64,000 nucleotides of DNA from Candidatus Dormiibacterota bacterium (GCA_003131685.1 PKWB01000147.1:1580-65579), one strand, 5' to 3'; counted from the first letter of the stretch, positions 21,864 to 31,910 are shown. Notes: a model not told the origin generated them from the sequence alone. Numbers and translations: made by a program.

Positions 21864-22870
21864 TCGACTACCTGGTCACGGTGCTCACCGAGGGGTCGAT
21901 CTTCGCGATCATGGCGCTCGGACTCAATATCGTGTGGGGCTGGTCGGGCGATTTCGATCTCGCCTTCTACGGCTATGTCGCGCTCGGCGCGTACATGACG
22001 CTGGTGCTGACCGTCGGCCCCGCAACCGACCCCACCACCTACATCCTCGGCCTGACGCTGCCCTTTCCGCTCGCCGTGGCGCTGGCGGTGGTCAGTGCCA
22101 TGGTGCTGGCGCTCATCGTGGGGGCGATCGCGCTCCGACACCTGCGCGGCATCTACTTCTCGATCGTCACCCTCGGCGCGGTGTATGTCCTCTACGTCGT
22201 CACCGGCCAGTTCGTGCCGCTGTTCAACGGCTACAACGGAGTCTCCGGTCTGTTCGACCCGATGGGCGATGTCCTGGGGCTCGACTACTCGAGCTATTCA
22301 TTCTTCTACCTCGGCCTGTGCATTGCGGTCCTCATCATTGTTTTGCTGCTGACCACGCGGCTGAACGGCAGCCGTTTCGGCCTCGCACTGCGCAGCCTGC
22401 GAGAGGACGAGCGTGCAGCCGCAGCGTTCGGGAGAGACATCTACGTGACCAAGCTCAAGGCGTACGTCCTCGGCGCCGGACTTGGGGGGTTGGGCGGAGC
22501 GCTGTACGCGGGATATCTCACCGCCTTCAATCCGTCGGCGTGGTCACCGGTGGAGACGATCATCCTCTACGCCGCGATCCTGGTCGGTGGCCGGGGGAGC
22601 ACGCGCGGCGTCGTCCTCGGCGTCGCCGTCATGGTGATGGGGCTCCAGGAGGCCACCCGTTATCTGCCCGAGATCGCCAACCAACCCAGCTTCGCTCCGG
22701 CGCTGCGCCTGATCATCACAGGCGTCGTCCTCGTGTTGTTCATCCGATTCCGGCCGCAGGGCATCCTTCCCGAGCGCCGGTTTCGCGACAAGGACCCCGC
22801 CGGGAAGGGTGACGCCGCCGCGGTCGAGCCGGTGGTCACCGGCCCCAAGCTCGATACCGGCGCGGCATGA
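21860..22870 (+). CDS. livM: Branched-chain amino acid-type ABC permease (LivM family)
   Basis: 336-aa polytopic membrane protein. Start overlaps livH stop. Pairs with livH. Confidence 0.85.
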   Translation: MIDYLVTVLTEGSIFAIMALGLNIVWGWSGDFDLAFYGYVALGAYMTLVLTVGPATDPTTYILGLTLPFPLAVALAVVSAMVLALIVGAIALRHLRGIYFSIVTLGAVYVLYVVTGQFVPLFNGYNGVSGLFDPMGDVLGLDYSSYSFFYLGLCIAVLIIVLLLTTRLNGSRFGLALRSLREDERAAAAFGRDIYVTKLKAYVLGAGLGGLGGALYAGYLTAFNPSAWSPVETIILYAAILVGGRGSTRGVVLGVAVMVMGLQEATRYLPEIANQPSFAPALRLIITGVVLVLFIRFRPQGILPERRFRDKDPAGKGDAAAVEPVVTGPKLDTGAA

Positions 22871-23655
22871 CCGTGCTGCTCGAGGTGCAGGGGCTGCACA
22901 AGCATTTCGGTGGTGTGCAGGCGGTCGAGGCATGTTCCTTCACCGCCGCCGAAGGTCAGATCACCGGCCTGATCGGCCCGAACGGTGCCGGCAAGAGCAC
23001 CGCGATCGATCTCATCTCCGGCTTCAAGATTCCGGACGCGGGGAAGGTTCGGTTCGAGGGCCGGGAGGTGCAGGGCAAGACCCCTCACGTCATCTCTCGG
23101 ATGGGCCTCATCCGGACCTTCCAGAGCCCACGCGAGTGGCCCGGTCTGAGCGTGCTCGAAAACCTGATCCTCGCGTGCTTCGAGCCGCGACGCGAGCGGT
23201 TCTGGCGATCACTGCGCGGACCGTCGCGAGCTGAGAAGGAGAAAGCCAATGCACAGCTGGTCGAAGCCCGAGCCATTCTCGATGAGTTCGGGCTGTTCCA
23301 CCTGCGAAATGAGCGTGCTGGCAACCTCAGCGGCGGTCAGAAGCGCCTCCTGGAGTTCGCACGGATGCGCATGGCCAAGCCACGCCTGGTGATCCTCGAC
23401 GAGCCGATGGGTGGTGTCAACCCGGTCCTCGGTGAGCGGATGGCGGCCGCGGTTCTCGGTTTCGTCACGGCCGGCACATCGGTGGTGATCGTCGAGCACA
23501 ACCTTCCGTTCATTGAGCGGGTCACCGACCAGGTGGTGGTGATGGCTGAGGGACGGGTGATTGCAGAGGCTCCATTCGACCAGTTGCGCGGCAACCCCGC
23601 CGTCGTCGACGCCTACCTCGGAGAGCTGCCCACGTATGACGACGCTGAGTCCTGA
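22867..23655 (+). CDS. livG: ABC transporter ATP-binding protein (LivG family)
   Basis: Walker A GPNGAGKST, ABC signature LSGGQKRLLEFA, Walker B LVILDEP. Confidence 0.9.
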   Translation: MTVLLEVQGLHKHFGGVQAVEACSFTAAEGQITGLIGPNGAGKSTAIDLISGFKIPDAGKVRFEGREVQGKTPHVISRMGLIRTFQSPREWPGLSVLENLILACFEPRRERFWRSLRGPSRAEKEKANAQLVEARAILDEFGLFHLRNERAGNLSGGQKRLLEFARMRMAKPRLVILDEPMGGVNPVLGERMAAAVLGFVTAGTSVVIVEHNLPFIERVTDQVVVMAEGRVIAEAPFDQLRGNPAVVDAYLGELPTYDDAES

Positions 23656-24391
23656 TCCCGCCCCGGCGGAGACGGCGACCGCTGCGGCTCTTGACGTCGC
23701 CGGCCTCACCGCAGGCTATGGCGGTGCGCCGATCGTCGAAAGCGTGAGCATCCGCGCCCATCGAGGTGCGATCACCGCGATCGTCGGCCCCAACGGCGCG
23801 GGGAAGTCCACATTGCTCAAGGCAATCGCCGGTGTCATTCGCTCGAGTGCGGGCACCGTCACCGTCGAGGGCAGGGACGCCACGGGGCTCCCGTCGGAGA
23901 AGCTCGTGCGTCGTGGCATCGCCTACGTCCCGCAGGTTGCCAACGTCTTTCCCCAGCTCACAGTTCAGGAGAACCTCGAGATGGGCGGGTACAGCCGGAG
24001 GCACGGGCTGCGCGAGCGCGCCGACGAGTTGTATCAGCTCTTCCCCGACCTCAAGCTCGCCCACCGTCGCCATGCCGAGACGCTGAGCGGCGGTCAGCGC
24101 ACCATGCTCGCCATGGCTCGCGGGCTCATGGTGGATCCCGCGGTGCTCCTCCTCGATGAGCCGTCGGCGGGTCTCTCGCCGAAGTTCCAGAGCGCCGTAT
24201 GGGAGCGCATCGAGCAGGTGCGTGCCACCAACGTTGCTGTCGTCGTCGTCGAGCAGAACACGCGTGAGACGCTTCGCCATGCGCAGTGGGCGTATGTCCT
24301 GGTGCTCGGCAGGAACCGTCTCGACGGGAAGGGACGAGACCTGCTGCACAACGACGAGGTCGTCAACCTCTACGTCGGCGTGCTGTCGTAG
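23636..24391 (+). CDS. livF: ABC transporter ATP-binding protein (LivF family)
   Basis: GPNGAGKSTLLK, LSGGQRTMLAMAR, LLLDEPS. Start overlaps livG end. Confidence 0.9.
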   Translation: MTTLSPDPAPAETATAAALDVAGLTAGYGGAPIVESVSIRAHRGAITAIVGPNGAGKSTLLKAIAGVIRSSAGTVTVEGRDATGLPSEKLVRRGIAYVPQVANVFPQLTVQENLEMGGYSRRHGLRERADELYQLFPDLKLAHRRHAETLSGGQRTMLAMARGLMVDPAVLLLDEPSAGLSPKFQSAVWERIEQVRATNVAVVVVEQNTRETLRHAQWAYVLVLGRNRLDGKGRDLLHNDEVVNLYVGVLS

Positions 24392-24404
24392 GAGACGCTG
24401 GTCG

Positions 24405-25622
24405 ATGGATCCCGAAGCCGCGAAGTCTCGGTCGTCCGGCCCGCTCGCGGGAGTGCGCATCCTCGACCTCTCGCGCATCCTGTCCGGTCCGTTCGCCACC
24501 ATGATCTTTGCCGACCTCGGCGCCGACGTGATCAAGCTCGAGAACCCGCGCACCGGCGACGACACCAGGGAGTGGGCGCCGCCGTACCAGGGCGACCAAT
24601 CCGCCTACTTCCTCTCGGTGAACCGCAACAAGCAGGGCATCGCCGTCGACCTCAAGACCGCGAAGGGACGCGAGATCGCGCTGCGCCTGGTGGATCGGGC
24701 CGATGTTCTCGTCGAGAATTTCCGACCCGGAACGGCCGCGCGTCTGGGCCTCGGCTACGACGACCTCCACGCTCGCAATCCGGGGTTGATCTACGCATCG
24801 ATCTCTGGATTTGGTCAGACCGGCCCGTACGCGAGCGAGCCCGGGTACGACGCAATTGCGCAGGCACTCGGCGGCATCATGAGCGTCACCGGCGAAGCCG
24901 ATGGGGAGCCGGTGCGCGTCGGCAACTCCGCGGCCGACCTCAGTGCGGCGATGTGGGCCGCGATCGGCATCCTTGCCGCTCTGCATGCCCGTCATGCCAG
25001 CGGCTGCGGCGAGTGGATCGACATTTCGCTGCTGGACGGCCAGATCGCGTGGTTGACGTACCTTGCGGGTGGCTACTTCGCGTCGGGCGAGGTGCCGCCG
25101 CGGTACGGCTCGGCACACCCGAGCATCGTTCCGTATCAGGCTCTGCGCACCGCCGACGGACATCTGATGGTGGCGGTGGGAAACGACACCCTCTGGCGAC
25201 GCTTCGCTCCCCTGATCGGTCTGCCCGAACTGGTCGACGATCCGCGCTTCGACAGCAACCCACAGCGCGTCGCCAACCGCGCGCAGCTGATCCCGCTCAT
25301 CGAAGGCGCGCTCGCGACCAGGGGCTCGGTTGCCTGGGCCGATGAGCTGTCTCGGGTCGGGATCCCGGCCGGCCCCATCAACAACGTCGATGCCGCGCTC
25401 GAGCATCCCCAGGTGGCGGCGCGCGACATGGTGCTGAGCACCGAGCACCCCACCGCCGGCACGCTTCGCATGACCGGGTCTCCCATCAAGCTCTCCCGCT
25501 ACAAGGCTACCGTGCGCCGTCCGCCACCGACGCTCGGCGAGCACACTGATGCGGTCCTCGGCGAGCTCGGATACTCCGCTGCGGAGATCGCCACGCTTCG
25601 CGATGAGGGCGTCGTTGCTTGA
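24405..25622 (+). CDS. Family III CoA-transferase (CaiB/BaiF/Frc-like)
   Basis: N-terminal GVRILDLSRILSGPFATMIFADLGADVIKLE and the interlocked-dimer core typical of CaiB-family CoA transferases. Confidence 0.85.
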   Translation: MDPEAAKSRSSGPLAGVRILDLSRILSGPFATMIFADLGADVIKLENPRTGDDTREWAPPYQGDQSAYFLSVNRNKQGIAVDLKTAKGREIALRLVDRADVLVENFRPGTAARLGLGYDDLHARNPGLIYASISGFGQTGPYASEPGYDAIAQALGGIMSVTGEADGEPVRVGNSAADLSAAMWAAIGILAALHARHASGCGEWIDISLLDGQIAWLTYLAGGYFASGEVPPRYGSAHPSIVPYQALRTADGHLMVAVGNDTLWRRFAPLIGLPELVDDPRFDSNPQRVANRAQLIPLIEGALATRGSVAWADELSRVGIPAGPINNVDAALEHPQVAARDMVLSTEHPTAGTLRMTGSPIKLSRYKATVRRPPPTLGEHTDAVLGELGYSAAEIATLRDEGVVA

Positions 25623-28533
25623 GCTCGGTGGGCGGGGCGCTCCACCGATAGTCGGCCTCGAGGCCGAGCTCCGTGCCGCGATGCGAGGGGAGGTGCGCGC
25701 CGACGCGTACACGCGTCACCTGTTCTCGACGGACGCGAGCATGTACAGCATCGAACCGCTTGCGGTGGTCTTTCCGCACGATGCGGCCGACGTCGCCGCC
25801 GCGGTCGGCGTCTGCGCGCGGCGGCGTGTGCCCATGCTCCCGCGGGGCGCGGGCACCAGCCTGGCGGGTCAGACGGTGGGCCGCGCGGTGATCATCGACA
25901 CCTCGCGTCATATGAACGCAATCGTCGAGCTGGATCCCGAGCGACGTCTCGCCCGGGTGCAGCCGGGCGTTGTGCAGGACGACCTCAACCGCGCCGCGCG
26001 CAGGCACGGCCTGGTCTTCGGCCCGGATACGTCGACCAGCGACCGCGCAACCATCGGCGGGATGATCGGCAACAACTCCGCAGGCAGTGGTTCGGTGGTG
26101 CACGGCATGACCATCGATCACGTCGAGTCGTTGGAGGTGGTGCTGAGCGACTCGAGCGTTGCAACGCTTGGACCGGTCGACACCGAGCAGATGCTCCGGC
26201 GGAGTGCCGCGGATACGCTCGAGGCGCGGATTCATGCGCGCCTGCCAGGATTCGTCGAGGAGCATCGCACCGCCATCGCCGAGGGGTTTCCCCCGTACTG
26301 GCGGCGTGCGGGCGGCTATCGACTCGACCGTCTCGGCGACGGGCCCTTCAACCTGGCACGGCTGGTGGTCGGGTCCGAGGGGTCACTCGTGGTCGTCACC
26401 GAGGCGACCGTGCGTCTGGTTCCCGTTGCCCGAGCGAAGGCGATTGCCGTGGGTCATTTCGCTTCCGTTGCGGACGCGATTGCGGCCACCGAGGATGCGC
26501 TGAGCACGCGACCGAGCGCCGTGGAGCTCATCGATCGAACGATTCTCGAACTCTCCCGGCAGAAGCTCGAATACAGCGCACTCGGGTCGATCCTCGTAGG
26601 CGACCCGGGTGCGCTGCTCTTCGTGACCTTCGATGGCGGCGACGCCGCCGAGGCATCCGCCGGGGTGGAGCGGATTGCCGCGCTCTGGCAGCGCAATGGT
26701 CATGGCTATCACACGCTTCGTGCCACGAACCCGCAGCAGGCGGCGCTGCTCAAGGTCAGGTCGGCAGGGCTGGGGCTGTTGATGGCCGCAAGCGAGGGCA
26801 CACGCAGGCCGGTGGCGTTCATCGAGGACACGGCTGTCGACCCGGCCCGCCTGACCGAGTACGTGCGGCGTTTCAGCGCCGTCCTGGAACGGCACGGCCT
26901 CGTGGCCGGCTTCTACGGTCACTGCTCGGTCGGGTGTTTGCACATCCGACCGTTCATGGATCTGACCCGCCCGGATGAGGTGGCAACGATGCGCACCGTC
27001 GCCACCGAGATTCGCGACCTGGTGAGCGAATTCGGCGGCGCGAACTCCAGCGAACACGGCGACGGGCTCGCTCGCAGCGAGTTCAACCGCAGCATCTTCG
27101 GCGACGCGCTCTATGCGGCGATGTGCGAGCTGAAGCTGCTCTTCGACCCGCACTCGCTGATGAATCCGGGAAAGATCGTCAACGCGCCACCGATGAGCGA
27201 GAGCATCCGCGACGTCGCCCTTGCGCCGGCGTTCGCACTGTCAACGCGGCTCTCGTTCGCGGGCACGGCCGGCATGCGAGGCGCGGCCGATCGATGCATG
27301 AACATCGGCGTCTGCCGCAAGGGATCCACCGGGGTCATGTGCCCGTCATACATGGCGACGCGCGAGGAGGAACACAGCACCCGCGGCCGCGCCAACGCGC
27401 TGGTCCTCGCGCTGTCGCAACCGGATCCGAGAGCGGCGCTCGGCGACCAACGCCTGCACGACATCCTCGACCTCTGCCTCGAGTGCAAGGCCTGCAAGAG
27501 CGAGTGCCCGCTCGGGGTGGACATGGCGTCCCTGAAGAGCGAATTCCTCTTTCACTATCAGGGGATTCACGGGGTGCCGGCACGCGCGCGATTCTTCGCC
27601 GCCGCTCGGCGCCTCAACCGGTTTGGATCCATGTTCGCGCCGCTCTCCAACCTGGCGACCTCATTGCCGGGATCGCGTGCGCTGATGGAGCGAACGCTGG
27701 GGGTCACGCGGAAGCGGCCGCTGCCCCAATTCCACCGGCGCACCCTCCTGCGGTGGGATGCGCGCCGGAAGCGGCCGCTTCCTGGATCCCTGGGACGTGT
27801 GGTGATGCTCGCCGACTCATTCACGACGTTCACCGAGCCGGGCGTTGGCATCGCGGCGGTGGAACTGCTCGAGATGGCTGGGTGGCGGGTCGAGCTGATT
27901 GGCGATCACTGCTGCGGACGCGCCGCCATCTCCAAGGGGCGTCTTGATGACGCCGGCCGGTACGCCAAGGCGATGACCGCTCGTCTAAATGAGGCGGCCC
28001 GGCAGGGGGCGACGATTGTTGGGGTGGAGCCCTCCTGCATCCTCACGCTCGCCGAGGAGCACCTCGCCCTGCAGCCTGGCAGCGAGGAGGCGAAGGTCGT
28101 TGCGGGTCGGGTCCGCCTCGCGGACGAGGTGATCCTCGACGCTTTTGCATCCGGACATCTGCGCATGAATCCAGCCTCGCCGTTGGCGGGCCGGCGCTTC
28201 CTCTTCCATGGCCACTGCCATCAGAAGGCACTCGCCGGCACCGCCGCGAGCGTGCAGCTGCTGTCGTTGATCCCCGGGTCCGTTGTGGTCGAGGTCGATG
28301 GCGGTTGCTGCGGAATGGCGGGGTCGTTTGGCTTTGAGGCCGAGCACTACGACCTCTCGATGCGGATCGGCGGGATGCGCCTCTTCCCGGCTGTCAATGC
28401 GGAAGACGCGCGAACGCTGGTCGCCGCCACCGGGGTCTCCTGCCGCCAGCAGATCGAGCACGGCACCGGTCGGCCTGCGATGCACCCGGTGGAGTACATC
28501 CGAGCGGCGGTCCTTCAGACGAGCCCCCGCTGA
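25603..28533 (+). CDS. Fused FAD-linked oxidase (GlcD-like) + 4Fe-4S ferredoxin + CCG-domain (GlcF-like) dehydrogenase, YdiJ-like (predicted 2-hydroxyacid / D-2-hydroxyglutarate-type dehydrogenase)
   Basis: PCMH FAD-binding domain (PRGAGTSLAGQ), two Cys clusters (CLECKACKSECPLGVD; CMNIGVCRKGSTGVMCPS) and C-terminal CCG repeats (CCGRAA, GGCCGMAGSFG). Confidence 0.85.
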   Translation: MRASLLELGGRGAPPIVGLEAELRAAMRGEVRADAYTRHLFSTDASMYSIEPLAVVFPHDAADVAAAVGVCARRRVPMLPRGAGTSLAGQTVGRAVIIDTSRHMNAIVELDPERRLARVQPGVVQDDLNRAARRHGLVFGPDTSTSDRATIGGMIGNNSAGSGSVVHGMTIDHVESLEVVLSDSSVATLGPVDTEQMLRRSAADTLEARIHARLPGFVEEHRTAIAEGFPPYWRRAGGYRLDRLGDGPFNLARLVVGSEGSLVVVTEATVRLVPVARAKAIAVGHFASVADAIAATEDALSTRPSAVELIDRTILELSRQKLEYSALGSILVGDPGALLFVTFDGGDAAEASAGVERIAALWQRNGHGYHTLRATNPQQAALLKVRSAGLGLLMAASEGTRRPVAFIEDTAVDPARLTEYVRRFSAVLERHGLVAGFYGHCSVGCLHIRPFMDLTRPDEVATMRTVATEIRDLVSEFGGANSSEHGDGLARSEFNRSIFGDALYAAMCELKLLFDPHSLMNPGKIVNAPPMSESIRDVALAPAFALSTRLSFAGTAGMRGAADRCMNIGVCRKGSTGVMCPSYMATREEEHSTRGRANALVLALSQPDPRAALGDQRLHDILDLCLECKACKSECPLGVDMASLKSEFLFHYQGIHGVPARARFFAAARRLNRFGSMFAPLSNLATSLPGSRALMERTLGVTRKRPLPQFHRRTLLRWDARRKRPLPGSLGRVVMLADSFTTFTEPGVGIAAVELLEMAGWRVELIGDHCCGRAAISKGRLDDAGRYAKAMTARLNEAARQGATIVGVEPSCILTLAEEHLALQPGSEEAKVVAGRVRLADEVILDAFASGHLRMNPASPLAGRRFLFHGHCHQKALAGTAASVQLLSLIPGSVVVEVDGGCCGMAGSFGFEAEHYDLSMRIGGMRLFPAVNAEDARTLVAATGVSCRQQIEHGTGRPAMHPVEYIRAAVLQTSPR

Positions 28534-28635
28534 CCGGAGCGGGCTGCAGGGTTCGATGACTACGTTACCAAGCCCATCGAGGTGGCGACGCTCCCCTCCC
28601 GGTTGAGTGCGCTCCTCAACGCCGTAGAGGCGCGG
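28534..28635 (+). pseudogene. Remnant of a response-regulator receiver (REC) domain C-terminus, in frame immediately after the oxidase stop codon
   Basis: Translation AAGFDDYVTKPIEVATLPSRLSALLNAVEAR matches the alpha4-beta5-alpha5 end of REC domains (G-x-DDY-x-TKP-f...L..R..ALL.R). No N-terminal REC portion or output domain is present. Confidence 0.4.
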
Positions 28636-28739
28636 TCCTCGTCGAGGCCCCGATTGAGCGGAGCAGCGAGGCGCTGCGAACGCTGCCGCCTTGTGGCGCG
28701 ATCGATTACGTATCGAAGTGCGCAGACGTTGCGCGGGCG

Positions 28740-29405
28740 TCAGCCGGGACCGTTGGGACGATGGGCCTCCGTTGTGACCAAAACCTGTTCAGGATCTTCT
28801 TTTCTGGAGATGGAGCCTTGCGGCCGCTTCTCGATGATGTGATCGATCATCCCGTAGGCGAGCGCCTGCTCCGCGGTCATGTGGTAGTCACGCTCGATGT
28901 CGCGGCCGATCTGCTCCGAGTCGCGCCCGGTGTGACGGTGATAGAGCTCGATGAGCAGCGCGCGCTGGCGGAGGATTTCGCGCGCATGCACGTCGAGGTC
29001 GGTTGCCTGGCCCTGCATTCCCTGCGCCCACGGCTGGTGGATGACAACCAGCGAGTTGGGCAGCGCCAGCCTGCGTCCCGGCGCTCCGGCGGAGAGAAGG
29101 AGCGACGCGCCGCTCGCCGCCATGCCGAGGCAGGTCGTCTCGACGAGCGGGCGCACATATTGCATGGCGTCGTACATCGCCAGCGCCGCGGTCATGGAAC
29201 CCCCCGGGCTGTTGATGTAGAGATGCACGTCGCGCTCAGGATCTTCGCCCTCGAGGAACAGCAGTTGCGCGGTGACCAGGTTGGCGAGATCGTCATCGAT
29301 GACACCGCCGACGAAGATGATCCGGTCGCGCAGCAACCGCGAGTAGATGTCGTACGAGCGCTCACCACGTGTCGTGCTTTCGACCACGGTGGGTACCAGG
29401 GTCAT
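28740..29405 (-). CDS. clpP: ATP-dependent Clp protease proteolytic subunit ClpP
   Basis: Catalytic triad context: [11 protein letters not shown] (Ser), VVIHQP (His), [17 protein letters not shown] (Asp). 222 aa from MTLVPT. The ORF track's longer 327-aa version is an upstream overread. Confidence 0.85.
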   Translation of the reverse strand: MTLVPTVVESTTRGERSYDIYSRLLRDRIIFVGGVIDDDLANLVTAQLLFLEGEDPERDVHLYINSPGGSMTAALAMYDAMQYVRPLVETTCLGMAASGASLLLSAGAPGRRLALPNSLVVIHQPWAQGMQGQATDLDVHAREILRQRALLIELYHRHTGRDSEQIGRDIERDYHMTAEQALAYGMIDHIIEKRPQGSISRKEDPEQVLVTTEAHRPNGPG

Positions 29406-29839
29406 CGCGAGCCCTCCGCTGTTGGTGGAACGAAGCCGATGCGACGGCGGGTCGGCTCCGCCTGGTTCATGGCCATGAAGGCGCCGAACTGTGCGACGGT
29501 CCGAAGGGAGGCGGCGTCGAGTCCTGAGGTGACGGCGCGGAGCTGGCGCCGGGGGTCGGACGGCCAGGCCGGCTCCTCCTGCGGCGACACACTGAGCCGG
29601 CGGCCGAGGTCGGCATACACGGCCCCGATGGGAACCGAGAGCGCATACGCGATCGCGATCAGGAGGTCCGCGGAGACGTCCTTCAGCCCGCGCTCGACCT
29701 CGGACAGGTAGGCGGGCGAGCATCCGGCCTCGCCGGCGATCTCGCCAAGCCTCCGGCCCTGGCCCTCACGGTGTCCGCGAAGGATGCCACCCAACTCGCG
29801 CCGGATCTCATCCGGGGTTACGCTCAGAGCAGAATGCAC
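29402..29839 (-). CDS. clgR: XRE-family HTH regulator, ClgR-like (clp gene regulator)
   Basis: [40 protein letters not shown] closely resembles actinobacterial ClgR (…GVSNPYLSQVERGLRKPSADVL…). Stop overlaps the clpP start (ATGA). Confidence 0.7.
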   Translation of the reverse strand: MHSALSVTPDEIRRELGGILRGHREGQGRRLGEIAGEAGCSPAYLSEVERGLKDVSADLLIAIAYALSVPIGAVYADLGRRLSVSPQEEPAWPSDPRRQLRAVTSGLDAASLRTVAQFGAFMAMNQAEPTRRRIGFVPPTAEGSR

Positions 29840-29921
29840 AACGCTCAGAGCATATCACCAGCCCGACGCGCGGGCCCTCCCTCATGTCGGTCAGCCGGGT
29901 CGCGGGTATCCTTTGCCAGCC

Positions 29922-30563
29922 ATGGCAACGCTCCTCTCCGTGAATCTCGGCACCGCGAGGGCGACCCGGTACGCCGACGCCGGCGTCACCGGCATCGACA
30001 AGCGCCCGTCGAGCGAGCCGGTGGCACTTCGGGATCCGGGACCGCAGCTGGGTTTCGGTGGGGCCGCAGGTGACGCCATATGCGATGCGAGCTCCCACGG
30101 CGGTACCGACCAGGCCGTGTATGCCTATGCCCGCGAGGACCTCGATCACTGGCAGGCCGAACTGGGACGTTCGCTCAGCAACGGGGTCTTCGGCGAGAAC
30201 CTGACCACCGCCGGCCTCGACATCAGCGGGGCGCTCGTCGGCGAGCGCTGGCAGGTCGGCGACGACTGCGTGCTCGAGGTGACATCCCCGCGCATCCCGT
30301 GCCGCACCTTTGCCGGCTGGCTCCAGGAGCAGCTGTGGGTCAAGCGCTTCACCGACCGCGGTACGCCCGGCGCCTACCTGCGGGTGATCGTGCCCGGCCG
30401 GGTGGCCGGCGGAGACCCGATCAGCGTCATCCATCGCCCCGACCATGAGGTGACGATCGCGATGATGTTCCGCGCACTCACGAAGGAGAAGGGGCTGCAG
30501 CCGCAGCTGGCAGCCGCCGGCGACGCTCTCCCCGACGGCATGCGGAAGCGTCTGCTGGTCTGA
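29922..30563 (+). CDS. MOSC-domain protein (YiiM-like)
   Basis: MATLLSVNLG...GENLTTAGLDISGALVGERWQVGDDCVLEVTSPRIPCRTF is the MOSC beta-barrel with the conserved Cys. Confidence 0.75.
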   Translation: MATLLSVNLGTARATRYADAGVTGIDKRPSSEPVALRDPGPQLGFGGAAGDAICDASSHGGTDQAVYAYAREDLDHWQAELGRSLSNGVFGENLTTAGLDISGALVGERWQVGDDCVLEVTSPRIPCRTFAGWLQEQLWVKRFTDRGTPGAYLRVIVPGRVAGGDPISVIHRPDHEVTIAMMFRALTKEKGLQPQLAAAGDALPDGMRKRLLV

Positions 30564-30664
30564 GGTCCGCCTCCTTCCCCCGGCACGCCACGGCGGTGGG
30601 GCGTTGGTGACAAAACAGACGGAAAGATGCCCCGAACTCGGGATACCATTCGGCGCAGCCCTTC

Positions 30665-31669
30665 ATGTTCAAACTGCCCCGATCCGCCCGCTTCGGTCTG
30701 GTGGTGATGGTCGCCGGTATAGCGGTTGGAACGCTGGCAACGACACAGCGCCTCCCGGTGACCCCCGCGGGTGTCTCGGCGGCGCCTCGGGCGACAACCA
30801 CCCCAACGCCGGCCCCGTCGTTGGATATGAAGGTGGCGAGCGCCAATCTCAGCTTCACGATGCCGCTGTCGATGCTGGGCGGGGCTCCGCCGATGCGCGC
30901 ACGGGCCGGCATCCTCGTTGACCTGGACACGGGCGCGATTCTCTGGGCCAAGCAACCCGACCTCGAGCTCGCGCCCGCCAGCCTCACCAAGGTGCTCACC
31001 GCCCTGGTCGCGCTCGAGAACTTCAGCCCTGACCAGGCGGTCACGATCACACCCGACGCCCTGGGCCAGTCGACTGCCGACACGCTCATGCACCTCAAGG
31101 CGGGTCAGACCTTCACCGTCGAGGAGTTGCTCGAGGGCATGCTGCTCCCGAGCGGCGACGACGCTGCGAGCGCGATTGCGGTTGACACGGTCGGCGCGGA
31201 CCGCTTCATCGCGGCCATGAACGAGCAGGTCGCTGCGCTTGGCCTCCATGAGTCGCACTTCTCGGCGACCGCAGGGCTCGACGACCCGCACCTCTACTCC
31301 TCCGCGTACGACCTCGCGGTCATCGCGGCGTACACGTACGAACACTTCGCGCTCTTCGACCAGATCGTCGCCACCCGGGCGATCAACCTGCCTGCCAGCG
31401 CCGAGCACCCGGCGTTTGAGCTCCACAACCTCGACGCACTGCTCCAGGCATATCCGGCAGCGGTGGGCATCAAGCCCGGGTGGACCGGCAATGCAGGCGC
31501 CTGCCTCATCGGGATGGCAGTCCGCGGCGGGCATCGCCTCCTCGCGGTGCTGCTGAGCGCGAACTATCCGGCTCGTCTCGAGAGCCGGCTGTTCGACTGG
31601 GGCTTTCAGCTCGATGGTCTGCCCCCGCTGCTGCCGCCTACGCCGTCTCCCTCGCCGGCACACCGCTGA
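30665..31669 (+). CDS. D-alanyl-D-alanine carboxypeptidase (peptidase S11 / PBP5-like)
   Basis: Signal/anchor, then an SxxK motif (ASLTKVLTALVALE) in the DacB-like N-terminal region; motifs II/III assumed from family, not located. Confidence 0.8.
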   Translation: MFKLPRSARFGLVVMVAGIAVGTLATTQRLPVTPAGVSAAPRATTTPTPAPSLDMKVASANLSFTMPLSMLGGAPPMRARAGILVDLDTGAILWAKQPDLELAPASLTKVLTALVALENFSPDQAVTITPDALGQSTADTLMHLKAGQTFTVEELLEGMLLPSGDDAASAIAVDTVGADRFIAAMNEQVAALGLHESHFSATAGLDDPHLYSSAYDLAVIAAYTYEHFALFDQIVATRAINLPASAEHPAFELHNLDALLQAYPAAVGIKPGWTGNAGACLIGMAVRGGHRLLAVLLSANYPARLESRLFDWGFQLDGLPPLLPPTPSPSPAHR

Positions 31670-31910
31670 CGCCGCGCCCGAGGCTGCTCGGCGCGAAGGC
31701 ACAGCCTGTCTCCGGCTCGTCGCAGCGACGGCCCGCGTGGCTGCCACTGGCTTGGGCGCGAGTGCGAGGCCGCACAGCCCGGCTGCGGACGGCCTCAGCA
31801 CATGGCGCTCTGTCATTCCCGGCCCTGAAGCGACCTGGGCCAGAGGATAGCCAGACGACCGTGAACCTACCTGAGGATGTGCTGAGGGGGATCGTCAACG
31901 CGCTGCGCGG

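Noticed and set aside
24363-25712. 449-aa minus-strand ORF antisense to the CoA-transferase
   Set aside because: Shadow ORF with Arg/Gly-rich composition.
28740-29723. Extended 327-aa version of ClpP
   Set aside because: The first 105 aa are Arg/Pro-rich overread into the clgR coding region. Canonical ClpP begins at MTLVPT (29405), ATGA-coupled to clgR.
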